Assembly (NCBI GenBank): GCA_027459705.1
Contig: DAIDHM010000072.1
Location: 1-56,082, forward strand
Length of the DNA stretch: 56,082 nucleotides
Origin: Ktedonobacteria bacterium
GTDB taxonomy: Bacteria > Chloroflexota > Ktedonobacteria > Ktedonobacterales > JACDGC01
Direction: 5' to 3'
Shown: positions 9,453 through 18,485 of the stretch, one piece after another
How positions within the stretch are numbered: the first letter of the stretch is position 1
Layout: every line of letters starts with the position of its first letter
Translations under genes and position numbers: made by a program
Notes under the pieces: generated by a model
What the model was told of the DNA's origin: nothing
Database searches by the model: none
What the model saw: only the letters and a program-made list of their open reading frames with translations

Positions 9453-11264
9453 TTACGGTGTAGCAGTTGGCTTAGGGACTGTTGGTGTAGCCGTCACCCC
9501 TGTCCCCACCGACGTCGCTGTCGGAACTATAGTGGGGGTGGCAGTAGGTTGCAGTGTGGATATCGTTGGGGTGGCCGTCGCCTGCGGGGTCGCAGTGGGC
9601 ACAGAGACCGGGCCGATGCTTACATAGACCGTGACAATCGTATTTGGGGAGACCTGGTCACCAATCTGAGGCGAGGTCTTCACGACCAGGCCAACCGGTA
9701 CCGCCTGGTCATTGATCGGGCTGGTAACACAGACTAAGTTCCCCGGATTGCCCGCGCTATCCTGCGCGGCTTTGATCGCGGCGCACGCTTGATCGGCAGT
9801 GAGATTAGCCACTGCTGGGATTGTCACCGTATTAGGGCCGATCCCAACATAGACATTGACACTTCCCCCGGGGGCCAGCGCCGTCCCAGCCGCAGGATCC
9901 TGTCGTAGAATGAGTCCAATCTGCGCCTTGGTACTGGTCGTATCATGCTGGACCAGATGGATATTATCCGTCTGCGCGAGCTGAACGGCATCTGGCTGAT
10001 ACATCTTGTTGGTAAAATCAGGTACAGTGATCGTCTGTGGAGTCGATGTACTCGAGGTTGAGGAGCCAAAGGGATTGATAAATTTATAGGTCACGAAGCA
10101 CCCAACCGCCAACAAGAGCAAGACTGAGGCGACAATAATTGCGGTAGTAATCCCTGCGACCGGCGCGGGTGTATCCTCTTCACCAAGCGCGGGAACGGGC
10201 ATGACACCCGCTGCCACATCCGGTCTGGTCGGACCTGGCATAATAAAATCTTCACTCAACGCGCGCGGGTCTTCCCAACTACTGGGGGTATCCGCACGTG
10301 GGCGTGCACCACTCGGTCCACGTCCACTTGTAGATTGCAGCGCGCCAGAGGGCGTGCCGCGGAACGCTCCCCCATTGGGAGGCATCTCGCCTGGTGGCAT
10401 ATCCAGCGGAGTGGCCATACGTCCAGAGTTCGTACGCGGCCTATCAAACGACTCTAATGCATAGGCCAGCGCATCGCCATCGCGATATCGATCGCGCGGA
10501 TCTTTTTCCAGACAGCGCATGATCACGCGTTCCAGCCCTGGAGGAATCGCCGGATTATAGCGGCTGGGGCGGATCGGCACCTCTTGAATATGTCGGACGG
10601 CGATTGAGACGGGGGTATCACCATCGAATGGTGGATGTCCAACGAGCATCTCGTAGAGCACAATACCCAGGGCATACACATCGGCGGCGGGAGTGACCAC
10701 TTCGCCCTGAGCCTGCTCTGGCGCGTAATATTGCACGGTACCCAGAGTCATGCCTGTGGTGGTCAGGCGTTCTGAATTGACATCACGGTAGAACGTCGCG
10801 ATGCCAAAGTCCGTCAGCTTCACCAGCCCTTCATCGTTGACCAGGATATTTTGCGGTTTGACATCACGATGGACGATGCCGCGCCGATGGGCGGCGCCCA
10901 GCGCCAGGGCGACGTCATGGCCAATGACGACCGCGCGTCGAATATCCAGAATACCATTGGCGCGCAGATATTTGCGGAGATCAACGCCTTCGATTAACTC
11001 CATAACGATGAAATATTCTTCACCACTCTGGCCATAGTCGAAGACTTGCACTATATTTGGATGTGCCAACGCCGAGACAGCGCGAGCTTCGCGCTGAAAG
11101 CGCAAAACAAACTTGGGATCGTTGGAATACATCTCACGGAGAATCTTCACCGCAACGGGGCGACCCATACGACGATCCTGCGCGCGAAAGATGGTTGCCA
11201 TACCGCCACGACCGATTGGTTCGATGAGCTCGTAGCGGTCTCCCAAGACTTTTATATCATCCAT
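9453..11264 (-). CDS. pknB: Ser/Thr protein kinase, PknB-like: Hanks kinase domain, TM segment, extracellular PASTA repeats, Thr/Pro-rich tail
   Basis: 'IGRGGMATIFRA...VAVKIL', catalytic loop 'HRDVKPQNIL', 'DFG', 'APE'. Followed by a TM helix 'ITTAIIVASVLLLLAVGCFV', two PASTA-like units and a 'TATPQATATPTIS...' tail. Confidence 0.9.
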   Translation of the reverse strand: MDDIKVLGDRYELIEPIGRGGMATIFRAQDRRMGRPVAVKILREMYSNDPKFVLRFQREARAVSALAHPNIVQVFDYGQSGEEYFIVMELIEGVDLRKYLRANGILDIRRAVVIGHDVALALGAAHRRGIVHRDVKPQNILVNDEGLVKLTDFGIATFYRDVNSERLTTTGMTLGTVQYYAPEQAQGEVVTPAADVYALGIVLYEMLVGHPPFDGDTPVSIAVRHIQEVPIRPSRYNPAIPPGLERVIMRCLEKDPRDRYRDGDALAYALESFDRPRTNSGRMATPLDMPPGEMPPNGGAFRGTPSGALQSTSGRGPSGARPRADTPSSWEDPRALSEDFIMPGPTRPDVAAGVMPVPALGEEDTPAPVAGITTAIIVASVLLLLAVGCFVTYKFINPFGSSTSSTSTPQTITVPDFTNKMYQPDAVQLAQTDNIHLVQHDTTSTKAQIGLILRQDPAAGTALAPGGSVNVYVGIGPNTVTIPAVANLTADQACAAIKAAQDSAGNPGNLVCVTSPINDQAVPVGLVVKTSPQIGDQVSPNTIVTVYVSIGPVSVPTATPQATATPTISTLQPTATPTIVPTATSVGTGVTATPTVPKPTATP

Positions 11265-11685
11265 AGATCCTCATCTGTTCAGTCTCCCGCTCCATCGCCA
11301 CCCGGCGCGGTTGGTCTCCTCTGATACCGACAACCTCATTTGGTCATGTATGTAATACAGCGGATAACCCGACTACGGGCAATTGCTACCTCGTCCGGCA
11401 CCGCCCATTCACTGTTAGCCAAGTCATGGTAAGTGATTCCCGCGCGGGAATCATACTGCTTTTTGCATGACTTTGCAAGTGGTAAGTACTAGCTGGCTCT
11501 GTACATCAGCGTGTGCACCACCAACCGCAGCGCGAAACGTAGGTGATCAATCGACGGTTTCGATCAATCCATTATTGCATACGTATGCGAGAACGTTTAG
11601 TTCCCAAGCGGGCCGTTCCGCGAAAGTGCGGTTTGATCTCTCCACCATGGGATTTCCCCATCGATCACAACGAAATGATGGCGAT

Positions 11686-11720
11686 GAGCGCCACACATCT
11701 TTACGATGTACGTGGCGCTC
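11686..11720 (-). terminator. Hairpin (GAGCGCCAC / GTGGCGCTC, 17-nt loop) 40 nt downstream of the VWA gene stop; candidate operon terminator
   Basis: 9-bp inverted repeat. Moderately U-rich 3' flank on the minus strand. Confidence 0.3.
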
Positions 11721-11760
11721 GCCACCATCTCTCAGACTCTCTCAGGTACTTTGCAGCGCT

Positions 11761-14049
11761 TCATTGCCGATAGACCTGTTTGCTAGCCAGGTAGTCGACG
11801 AGAAGATAGCGGCCCAGATCATCCGGTGTTGTAATGAACGCTCGGCCTTTATTGATCGCTGACATCTCCTGCACAAATTCGATCAAAGACGCATCGTGCA
11901 CCAACATGAAGGTGTTGATTCGGATGTTATCTTTCGTACAGCGATTGACCTCCAGTAAAGTTTGCTCCTGGGCCAAATCGGTGTACGGATAAGTAAAGAG
12001 CCAGCGCTCCGTCTCCTTGTCCCACATCACTGTCGGTCCGCCATCCGTCACCATGATCACCTGGCGATTGACCCCTTTGTGCTTATTCAGCAGTTGGCGC
12101 GCGAGCATCAGCCCATGCACCATATTCGTCCCCTGCGCATGGTCCATCTCGCTGATCTCGACCAACTCATCGCGTTTGAACTCGCGCGCCAGCGCCGAGA
12201 AACCTACGACGTACAAGTTGTCGCGGGGAAACTGGCCACGGATCAGGGACTCCAATGCCACAGCAACCTTTTTGGCTGATTGGTACGCCCCACTGTAAAA
12301 CATTGACATCGACATATCGATCATCAGGACAGTGGAAGATGCGGTCATCATTTCTGTACGATAGACTTCGAAATCCTCCGCTTGCAACTGGACGGGGGAT
12401 CCAGAACCCTGTCGCTCAATCGCGTGCATCAGCGTTCCATGAAGATCCAGCAAGAAGGGATCGCCAAAATCATAGGATTTCGTCTCATCGGTCTTCTCGC
12501 CACCAATACCGCGTTGCTCCATCGCATGTTGTCCAAATGCGTCGCGGTCCAACTGGTCGAACATATCGCGCAACGCCTTCTGGCCAACCTTGCGGATACC
12601 GGCGGAGGTTAACTGCCAGCGGTTGCCTTTGCGAGTGATATAACCAGCATCCTCGAGTTCTTTGAGCATCTGCTTCAACTCGTCGACCGCGGCGCCCTCT
12701 TCCTGGCCCAACAGGTTCCGTACAGCATCAGCATCGACCCCATCCATGTTTCCCTGGCGGCGGGCGGCGTTCATCTGGGATTCCAGTTCATCCAATCCCT
12801 GGAGCTCACCCATCAAGCGCATAGCCTCAGTCAGTGACACCGACTCATCGCCTTGCATGCGAAATCTGGTTTTGAAATCGTTCGGGCCTTGTTGAGCGAT
12901 ATGCTGGGAAAGTTCCGCCAGATCAACCCGCATACGGTCATCGCCGACCAACTGGTCCATCATTTCCTGCAATTGCTCGCGCTGTTCCTCGGACATCGAA
13001 TCCATGATGGCTTCCATTGCCGCCATGCGCCTCTGAAGATCCTCGATCAGGTCATCGAGCGTGTTGACATCATTGCCAAAGAAATCGCCATACTTCCGCA
13101 TGAAGTTGTCGAAGTCAGGCTCTTTCCCCGCTTCGCGATCGCGTAACATCTGATTCAGTTCGCGAATCATGTCGCGCATACGCGCCAGTTCTTCCGGCGA
13201 CATCTGCGAAAGTGCCTGTTGCATGCCCTGGAAATACTGCTGCATGACCTGCTGTTGCAACATCTGCAACAGTTCTTGGAATTCATCGCGCGCTTGGGGA
13301 TCCATGAAATCATACGATGAGAGTTCGCGGATCTGTCCCGCCGTATCTTTGGGGAGACTGTCGAGATACTCCTGCTTGCGCTGCGCGATCTGCTCTAATG
13401 CTCGACGCAACGCCTGACGGTCCAGTCCGTCGGGCATGTCATGTTGTTGCCCCTGTTGCCCTTGCTGGCTCTGCTGCCCGCCCTGACCTGGCTGACCTTG
13501 CTGACCTTGCTGCCCGCGCTGACCTGGCTGCCCTTGTTGGCTCTGCTGGCCCTGCTGCATTCGCTGGCCTGGCTGACCTTGCTGGCTCTGGGGATCCTGC
13601 TGGCTCTGGGGATCCTGCTGGCCTTGAGCATCCTGGTCTGGGGTTTCGGACGCGGATTCAGGCTTGGGTTGGTTGGTCTCATCGAGTCGCCGTTGGATGC
13701 CCTCGCGTTCGTGCTGTTTGATAGCATCCAGCTTCTGGCGTATATCATCCATCACGCCATTCAGATTATACCTTTGCATGCGCTGATTCTGTTGTGACCG
13801 CAGGCGCTCCATGATATCACGGAGGCCCATGACACGCTGACCATCGCGGCCCTGAAAGCCAAATTGCTGTAGACGTTGCAAGGCACTGCGCACATCGGTA
13901 TCGCGGAGGTAGTCGTCCGCCATGGCATTGAGGATATCGTCGGCATCCAGCCCTTCGATCTGCTGCGAGCCATCCCAGCGGGAATAACTATGGCGCCGAT
14001 TGAAGAAAAATCGTTTGAACATCTCGAACCCTTTCCGCCAGGAGAACAC
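11761..14049 (-). CDS. von Willebrand factor A (VWA) domain protein with long Gln/Gly/Pro-rich low-complexity linker; partner of the upstream ChlI-like ATPase
   Basis: C-terminal VWA with MIDAS 'DMSMSM...VVGFS...VTDGGPT'. The central ~75-aa 'QGQQDPQSQQGQPGQR...' segment is encoded by CAG/CTG-rich imperfect DNA repeats (13440-13640). This is the ChlD/CobT-style architecture, but without the N-terminal AAA module. Confidence 0.8.
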   Translation of the reverse strand: MFSWRKGFEMFKRFFFNRRHSYSRWDGSQQIEGLDADDILNAMADDYLRDTDVRSALQRLQQFGFQGRDGQRVMGLRDIMERLRSQQNQRMQRYNLNGVMDDIRQKLDAIKQHEREGIQRRLDETNQPKPESASETPDQDAQGQQDPQSQQDPQSQQGQPGQRMQQGQQSQQGQPGQRGQQGQQGQPGQGGQQSQQGQQGQQHDMPDGLDRQALRRALEQIAQRKQEYLDSLPKDTAGQIRELSSYDFMDPQARDEFQELLQMLQQQVMQQYFQGMQQALSQMSPEELARMRDMIRELNQMLRDREAGKEPDFDNFMRKYGDFFGNDVNTLDDLIEDLQRRMAAMEAIMDSMSEEQREQLQEMMDQLVGDDRMRVDLAELSQHIAQQGPNDFKTRFRMQGDESVSLTEAMRLMGELQGLDELESQMNAARRQGNMDGVDADAVRNLLGQEEGAAVDELKQMLKELEDAGYITRKGNRWQLTSAGIRKVGQKALRDMFDQLDRDAFGQHAMEQRGIGGEKTDETKSYDFGDPFLLDLHGTLMHAIERQGSGSPVQLQAEDFEVYRTEMMTASSTVLMIDMSMSMFYSGAYQSAKKVAVALESLIRGQFPRDNLYVVGFSALAREFKRDELVEISEMDHAQGTNMVHGLMLARQLLNKHKGVNRQVIMVTDGGPTVMWDKETERWLFTYPYTDLAQEQTLLEVNRCTKDNIRINTFMLVHDASLIEFVQEMSAINKGRAFITTPDDLGRYLLVDYLASKQVYRQ

Positions 14050-14115
14050 CGGAAAAACACGGGTGGGTGAAGGGCGTCGCTCCGACCTTCACCCGGTGTG
14101 GAGAAGCGCCGCGCC

Positions 14116-15525
14116 TCAGCGGTCGCGCCGGTAGCGGAAAGCCCCTTCACTGGTGTCTTTATTCAAGCGCTTCTTCAGATGCAGACCTTCCAGGATGAAT
14201 TCCACGGCGGATGCCACCGAAGCCGGGCTCCCATGACCTTTGAGCTTCGTGACCGCCGCCTCAAGTCCGCCAACTCGCGAGAGCTGCGTGACATATTCCA
14301 TCGACGGCTGCATATCAGCGGCGTGCACATTCATGCCTCGCTCGAAACCCGCGACCAATTGATCGAACTCCGGCTGATCGAAATAGCGATCGAAGACAAT
14401 GACGATCGACTGGTTGATGAGTTTCTGGATAATCTTATCTTCGCGCGCATCACCCAGGGTATCCATCTCAATCTTGCCAGCTGTGCTGGAGATGACCGCT
14501 GGCAGATCGCTCACGCGTGGCACTGCCGTGCGCTCCTTGAGCCGCAGAGCACGTCGAATCGCGTTGCTGGCGACATTCTCATAATTGGTGATTGAGATTC
14601 GGACACTGACCCCGGAACGCTGGCTGATGTCCGAACTCTTGCGCGCCTGATGTGTGATCTGGGCGATGATCTCTTTCATGAAGCGCGGATAGACCAGCTC
14701 AACACCATCAACGACTTGAGGCGCCGCCTCGGCTTCCATGATCGCGATCTCCTGATCGATCGCTTTGGGATAATGCGTGCGAATCTCCGAACCGATGCGG
14801 TCTTTCAACGGTGTAATGATACGACCGCGATTGGTGTAGTCTTCCGGGTTGGCGCTGGCGACAACAAAGACATCGATCGGCAGTCGGATTTTATACCCGC
14901 GGATCTGCACATCGCGCTCTTCCATGATGTTCAGGAGTCCGACCTGAATGCGCTCTGCCAGGTCAGGCAACTCATTCAGACAGAAGATACCGCGATGTGT
15001 CCGTGGCACCATGCCATAATGGATGGTCAATTCATCAGAGAGATAGCGTCCCTCAGCGACTTTGATGGGGTCCACCTCGCCGATCAGATCAGCGATGGTG
15101 ATATCGGGTGTGGCCAACTTCTCGCCATAGCGGCGATCCCGTGGAAGCCACGCAATCTCCACTTCATCGCCCTGCTCCGCGACTTTGGCACGGCAAGCGG
15201 CGCAGATCGGATGTAACGGATCATCATTGATCTCGCAGCCAGCGATCATGGGAATCTCTGGGTCCAGTAATTGCACCAGGCTACGCGCGATGCGGGTCTT
15301 CGCCTGGCCGCGCTCTCCCAGGAGAACGATATCTTGCCCGGAGAGGATGGCGTTTTCGATCTGCGGTATGACAGTCTCCTCATAGCCAACGACGCCAGGA
15401 AAGAGCTCCTGGCCGTCGCGGACGAGGCGTACGAGATTAGCGCGCATCTCTTCTTTGACAGTGCGCGACTGGTAGCCGCTCGCCCGTAAGGCACCAATAG
15501 TACGCGGTTGCGTGCTGGTTGCCAT
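14116..15525 (-). CDS. AAA+ ATPase, Mg-chelatase ChlI/BchI-like (MoxR-related)
   Basis: 'FPGVVGYEETVIPQIENAILSGQDIVLLGERGQAKT' parallels the ChlI N-terminus and Walker A. Walker B 'IFCLNELPD', sensor-1 'VVASANPEDY', Arg-finger region 'PLKDRIGSEI'. Confidence 0.75.
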   Translation of the reverse strand: MATSTQPRTIGALRASGYQSRTVKEEMRANLVRLVRDGQELFPGVVGYEETVIPQIENAILSGQDIVLLGERGQAKTRIARSLVQLLDPEIPMIAGCEINDDPLHPICAACRAKVAEQGDEVEIAWLPRDRRYGEKLATPDITIADLIGEVDPIKVAEGRYLSDELTIHYGMVPRTHRGIFCLNELPDLAERIQVGLLNIMEERDVQIRGYKIRLPIDVFVVASANPEDYTNRGRIITPLKDRIGSEIRTHYPKAIDQEIAIMEAEAAPQVVDGVELVYPRFMKEIIAQITHQARKSSDISQRSGVSVRISITNYENVASNAIRRALRLKERTAVPRVSDLPAVISSTAGKIEMDTLGDAREDKIIQKLINQSIVIVFDRYFDQPEFDQLVAGFERGMNVHAADMQPSMEYVTQLSRVGGLEAAVTKLKGHGSPASVASAVEFILEGLHLKKRLNKDTSEGAFRYRRDR

Positions 15526-15747
15526 GTGATGAGATATCTCCTTTTTTGCTTGGGGGAACGTGACACCGCGTCGCTGTCAGCGAAGGAGGAGCGGCGGAAG
15601 GCACGTGGGAACGCGACCGGTTGCGCGGAGCAACGCGAACGCCAATGAACGATTCGTTCGCACATCATCATGCTCGTCTTTCATTGTATCGCGCTCTCCA
15701 GGATAGGGGCAAGTCGGAAATCTGGCCAGGTAGTCCCAGTGCGCCCG

Positions 15748-16632
15748 TTACACGTCCCAGGCGCGCCGCAAGAGTAGCGCGTAGCGCTCACGCGTGGCAG
15801 CGTCGACACGGGCGCGATCCGTGATCACGGCGCTGGTCAGCGCGGTCGCGCAGGGGCAAGACCAGGTGCTGTGTGTCGCTGGCAACTGCGCGACGACCAG
15901 GCGAACAATATCCTGGGCATGGGCGACATTGCGCATGAGATTGCCAACCACGAGGTCGACGTTGACTGCTTCCTCTGTCGCATGCCAAACATCATAATCT
16001 GTCACGCAGGCGATGGTCGCATAATGCATCTCTGCCTCACGTGCCAGCTTGGCCTCGGGCAGCGCCGTCATGCCAATAATATCCATCCCCCAGGATCGGT
16101 AGACCCGCGACTCAGCGCGTGTCGAGAACTGCGGCCCTTCGATGCAGATATAGGCGCCGCCGCGATGTATTGTCGCCGCGCCACTGGCTTCGCCGGCGGT
16201 GGCGATCAGGTCGCTCAGATGTGGGCAGAAAGGATCCGCAAAGGCGATATGCGCCACCAATCCGCCCTCAAAGAACGACGCTACGCGGCCTCTGGTGCGG
16301 TCGAAGATCTGATCAGGGATGACCAGATCCAACGGTGCGATCTCTTCGCGTAAGCTGCCGACCGCACTGACCGAGAGCACATATTCCACACCCAGCGACT
16401 TCAAGGCCCAGATGTTGGCACGCGCGGGTATCTCACTGGGACTCAAGCGGTGGCCCTGACCATGGCGAGGCAGAAAGGCGACGGGAATATCAGCCAGATT
16501 CCCCAGGATAATCGCGTCGCTTGGTTCGCCGAAAGGGGTCGTGATCGTTGTCGATGCGAGCGCCGTCATCTCTGCCATCTGATAGAGACCGCTACCACCA
16601 ATAATCCCAACCCGAGCGTGTGGGGTCCTCAT
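15748..16632 (-). CDS. mtnP: S-methyl-5'-thioadenosine phosphorylase (PNP family 2)
   Basis: 'VGIIGGSGLY...PFGEPSD...LPRHGQGHRLSPSEIPARANIWALKSLGV...GPQFSTRAESRVYRSWGMDIIGMT...ACVTDYD' are hallmark MTAP motifs. Confidence 0.9.
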   Translation of the reverse strand: MRTPHARVGIIGGSGLYQMAEMTALASTTITTPFGEPSDAIILGNLADIPVAFLPRHGQGHRLSPSEIPARANIWALKSLGVEYVLSVSAVGSLREEIAPLDLVIPDQIFDRTRGRVASFFEGGLVAHIAFADPFCPHLSDLIATAGEASGAATIHRGGAYICIEGPQFSTRAESRVYRSWGMDIIGMTALPEAKLAREAEMHYATIACVTDYDVWHATEEAVNVDLVVGNLMRNVAHAQDIVRLVVAQLPATHSTWSCPCATALTSAVITDRARVDAATRERYALLLRRAWDV

Positions 16633-16871
16633 GAATAATTGTTCTCACTTTCCATCGCTCACGGTTCATCGCGATCCGGCGACTTCCGCATAGCTATTGT
16701 ACTGCAAACATGCCGTCTCTTCGGTAGAGACACTCCTTGTCCCCTTGTCATAAGACGCAAGTTCAACTGCATAATGATGGGGGATCCGGCAGCTGCATCT
16801 GGTGTATGACGGGTGGTAAGCCACCTGCCTATGCGGCTAGCATCATCACAAAGAGGGATGAACTCACGATC

Positions 16872-17615
16872 ATGAATGAATTACGCGGGCAAGTTGCCCT
16901 GATTACTGGCGGCAGCAGTGGAATTGGCGCAGCCATTGGACGGACACTGGCAAAGCGCGGCGTCCGTGTGGTGCTGGCGGCTCGTCGTGCTGAACAGGCG
17001 GAAGCGGTGGCGGATGAGATCCGCGCGGACGGTGGTGAAGCATTGGTTGTCGCGTGTGATGTCCGCGAGGTCGACCAAGTGCAGGCGATGGTCCAGCGGA
17101 CCATTGATCACTTTGGCGGGCTCGACATCCTGATCCCCAATGCGGGATTTGGCTACCGCGCGGCGATCGTCGATGGCGATATCGAACGCTGGAAAGGTAT
17201 GATCGATACCAACATCTATGGCGTGTTGCTGACACTGAAATATGGCGTACCACATCTGATCGATCGCGGGCAGGGTGACGTGATCCTGCTCTCATCGGTG
17301 GCAGGTCATATCGTTGCGGAAGGAGGCGCGGGATATAGCGCCACGAAATTCGCTGTCAATGCCATCGGCGAAGCCTTGCGCCAGGAAGTAACCCGCAAGA
17401 ATATCCGTGTCACCATTCTGTCACCCGGCGTTGTCGTTTCAGGCTTTCAGGAAGTCGCGCAATATCCTCCGGGCATTATTGACAACTGGCTCAGCGGCAA
17501 TCCCCCTATGCAAGTCGAAGATATCGCGCAGATTGTCGAAGATGTCCTGGATCTGCCTCGCCATGTCTCGATCAACCAGTTGCTCATCCGCCCAACTGGC
17601 CAATTACGTCCGTGA
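16872..17615 (+). CDS. Short-chain dehydrogenase/reductase (SDR) family oxidoreductase
   Basis: 'ALITGGSSGIG' Rossmann motif, 'NAG' motif, catalytic 'YSATK'. Start set at the ATG of 'MNELRG', not the upstream frame start. Confidence 0.85.
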   Translation: MNELRGQVALITGGSSGIGAAIGRTLAKRGVRVVLAARRAEQAEAVADEIRADGGEALVVACDVREVDQVQAMVQRTIDHFGGLDILIPNAGFGYRAAIVDGDIERWKGMIDTNIYGVLLTLKYGVPHLIDRGQGDVILLSSVAGHIVAEGGAGYSATKFAVNAIGEALRQEVTRKNIRVTILSPGVVVSGFQEVAQYPPGIIDNWLSGNPPMQVEDIAQIVEDVLDLPRHVSINQLLIRPTGQLRP

Positions 17616-17628
17616 GTGCCACCTGGCC

Positions 17629-17678
17629 ATCCCATCATGGTGCCGATCAATGTTCGCTGGTGGGCACCATGATGGGAT
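17629..17678. repeat. 16-bp perfect inverted repeat (ATCCCATCATGGTGCC ... GGCACCATGATGGGAT) with 18-nt loop, 14 nt after the SDR stop
   Basis: Read directly from the sequence. No U-tract follows. Confidence 0.6.
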
Positions 17679-17798
17679 AATACAAGATATGGTCCCAAAT
17701 GGGTAGCCAGGTGTAGAACTATCACACAGATCCCACAATTCCCGGTTGTCCTAAAAGTGGCAACTCGTTGGTCGATGCTCTTTAAGAAGAGGTAAAGT

Positions 17799-18485
17799 AT
17801 GGCGCTGAGTATCGCGATCAAGCTACAGGGACGGCGTAGGCCGCGCCCCTGGGCTTGGCCGCGTCCAGATCCGGTCCATCCGTTACTCTTCGCCAGCCAG
17901 GTACCGGGCGGCAGGTTAGGTGATACCACGTCGATCAGCGACGCGCAGGCCGTCCAGGCTTTTCAGGACCTCTTCGCGCGCTATCAGAAACCGATCGCGG
18001 ACTTCCTCTATCGTATGACGCGCGACTCGGAGCTCGCTGCCGATCTCACGCAGGATACTTTCTTGAAAGCCTATGCCCATCTCAGCGAGATCGACAGCAT
18101 CACCAACGTACGCGCGTGGCTTTATAAGATTGCCGCCAACACGGCGCGCAATGCCTTGCGCCGACAACATCATTTCGGCTGGGTCTCGCTGGCGGATCTG
18201 CAACCAGCGGAAGCGGGCGATATCAAAGGCGTCGTGCTGACGGAGCAAGGCGACCTGGCGACGAGTGTCGTCGAGCGCGACGTCCTGCAATCCGCCTTGT
18301 TGAAACTCACCCCGACCGCGCGTGCCGTCATGTTGCTCCGCGCGACCGGCGGATTCGAGATCGGCGAGATCGCGACGATGCTCCACATCAGCGAAGCCAA
18401 TGCCCGCAAGATCCTCTACCGCGCCAAAGAGAAACTGCGCGCCATCCTTACGGCGCAAGATGCCGAACAGGGAGGGCGCCGTTGA
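17799..18485 (+). CDS. ECF-type RNA polymerase sigma-70 family factor with ~45-aa Arg/Pro-rich N-terminal extension
   Basis: Region 2 'FQDLFARYQKPIADFLYRMTRDSELAADLTQDTFLKAY', region 4 HTH 'GFEIGEIATMLHISEANARKILYRAKEKL'. SD 'AGAGGT' sits 5-6 nt before the ATG. Confidence 0.85.
   Translation: MALSIAIKLQGRRRPRPWAWPRPDPVHPLLFASQVPGGRLGDTTSISDAQAVQAFQDLFARYQKPIADFLYRMTRDSELAADLTQDTFLKAYAHLSEIDSITNVRAWLYKIAANTARNALRRQHHFGWVSLADLQPAEAGDIKGVVLTEQGDLATSVVERDVLQSALLKLTPTARAVMLLRATGGFEIGEIATMLHISEANARKILYRAKEKLRAILTAQDAEQGGRR

Noticed and set aside
9385-9627. 80-aa plus-strand ORF rich in Val/Gly/Ala
   Set aside because: It is the antisense of the Thr/Pro-rich tail of the minus-strand kinase gene.
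13440-13640. Tandem-looking CTG/CAG-rich DNA repeats that could be mistaken for a CRISPR or VNTR array
   Set aside because: The repeats are imperfect, have no spacers, and lie in-frame inside the VWA gene. They encode a poly-Gln/Gly/Pro linker.
13441-13797. ORF-track ORF on the plus strand encoding an 'LLALLPALTWL...' peptide
   Set aside because: It is the antisense reading (CTG = Leu) of the CAG-rich linker region of the minus-strand VWA gene, so it is a low-complexity artefact.
14098-14595. 165-aa plus-strand ORF
   Set aside because: It lies antisense within the ChlI-like ATPase gene and has no independent support.
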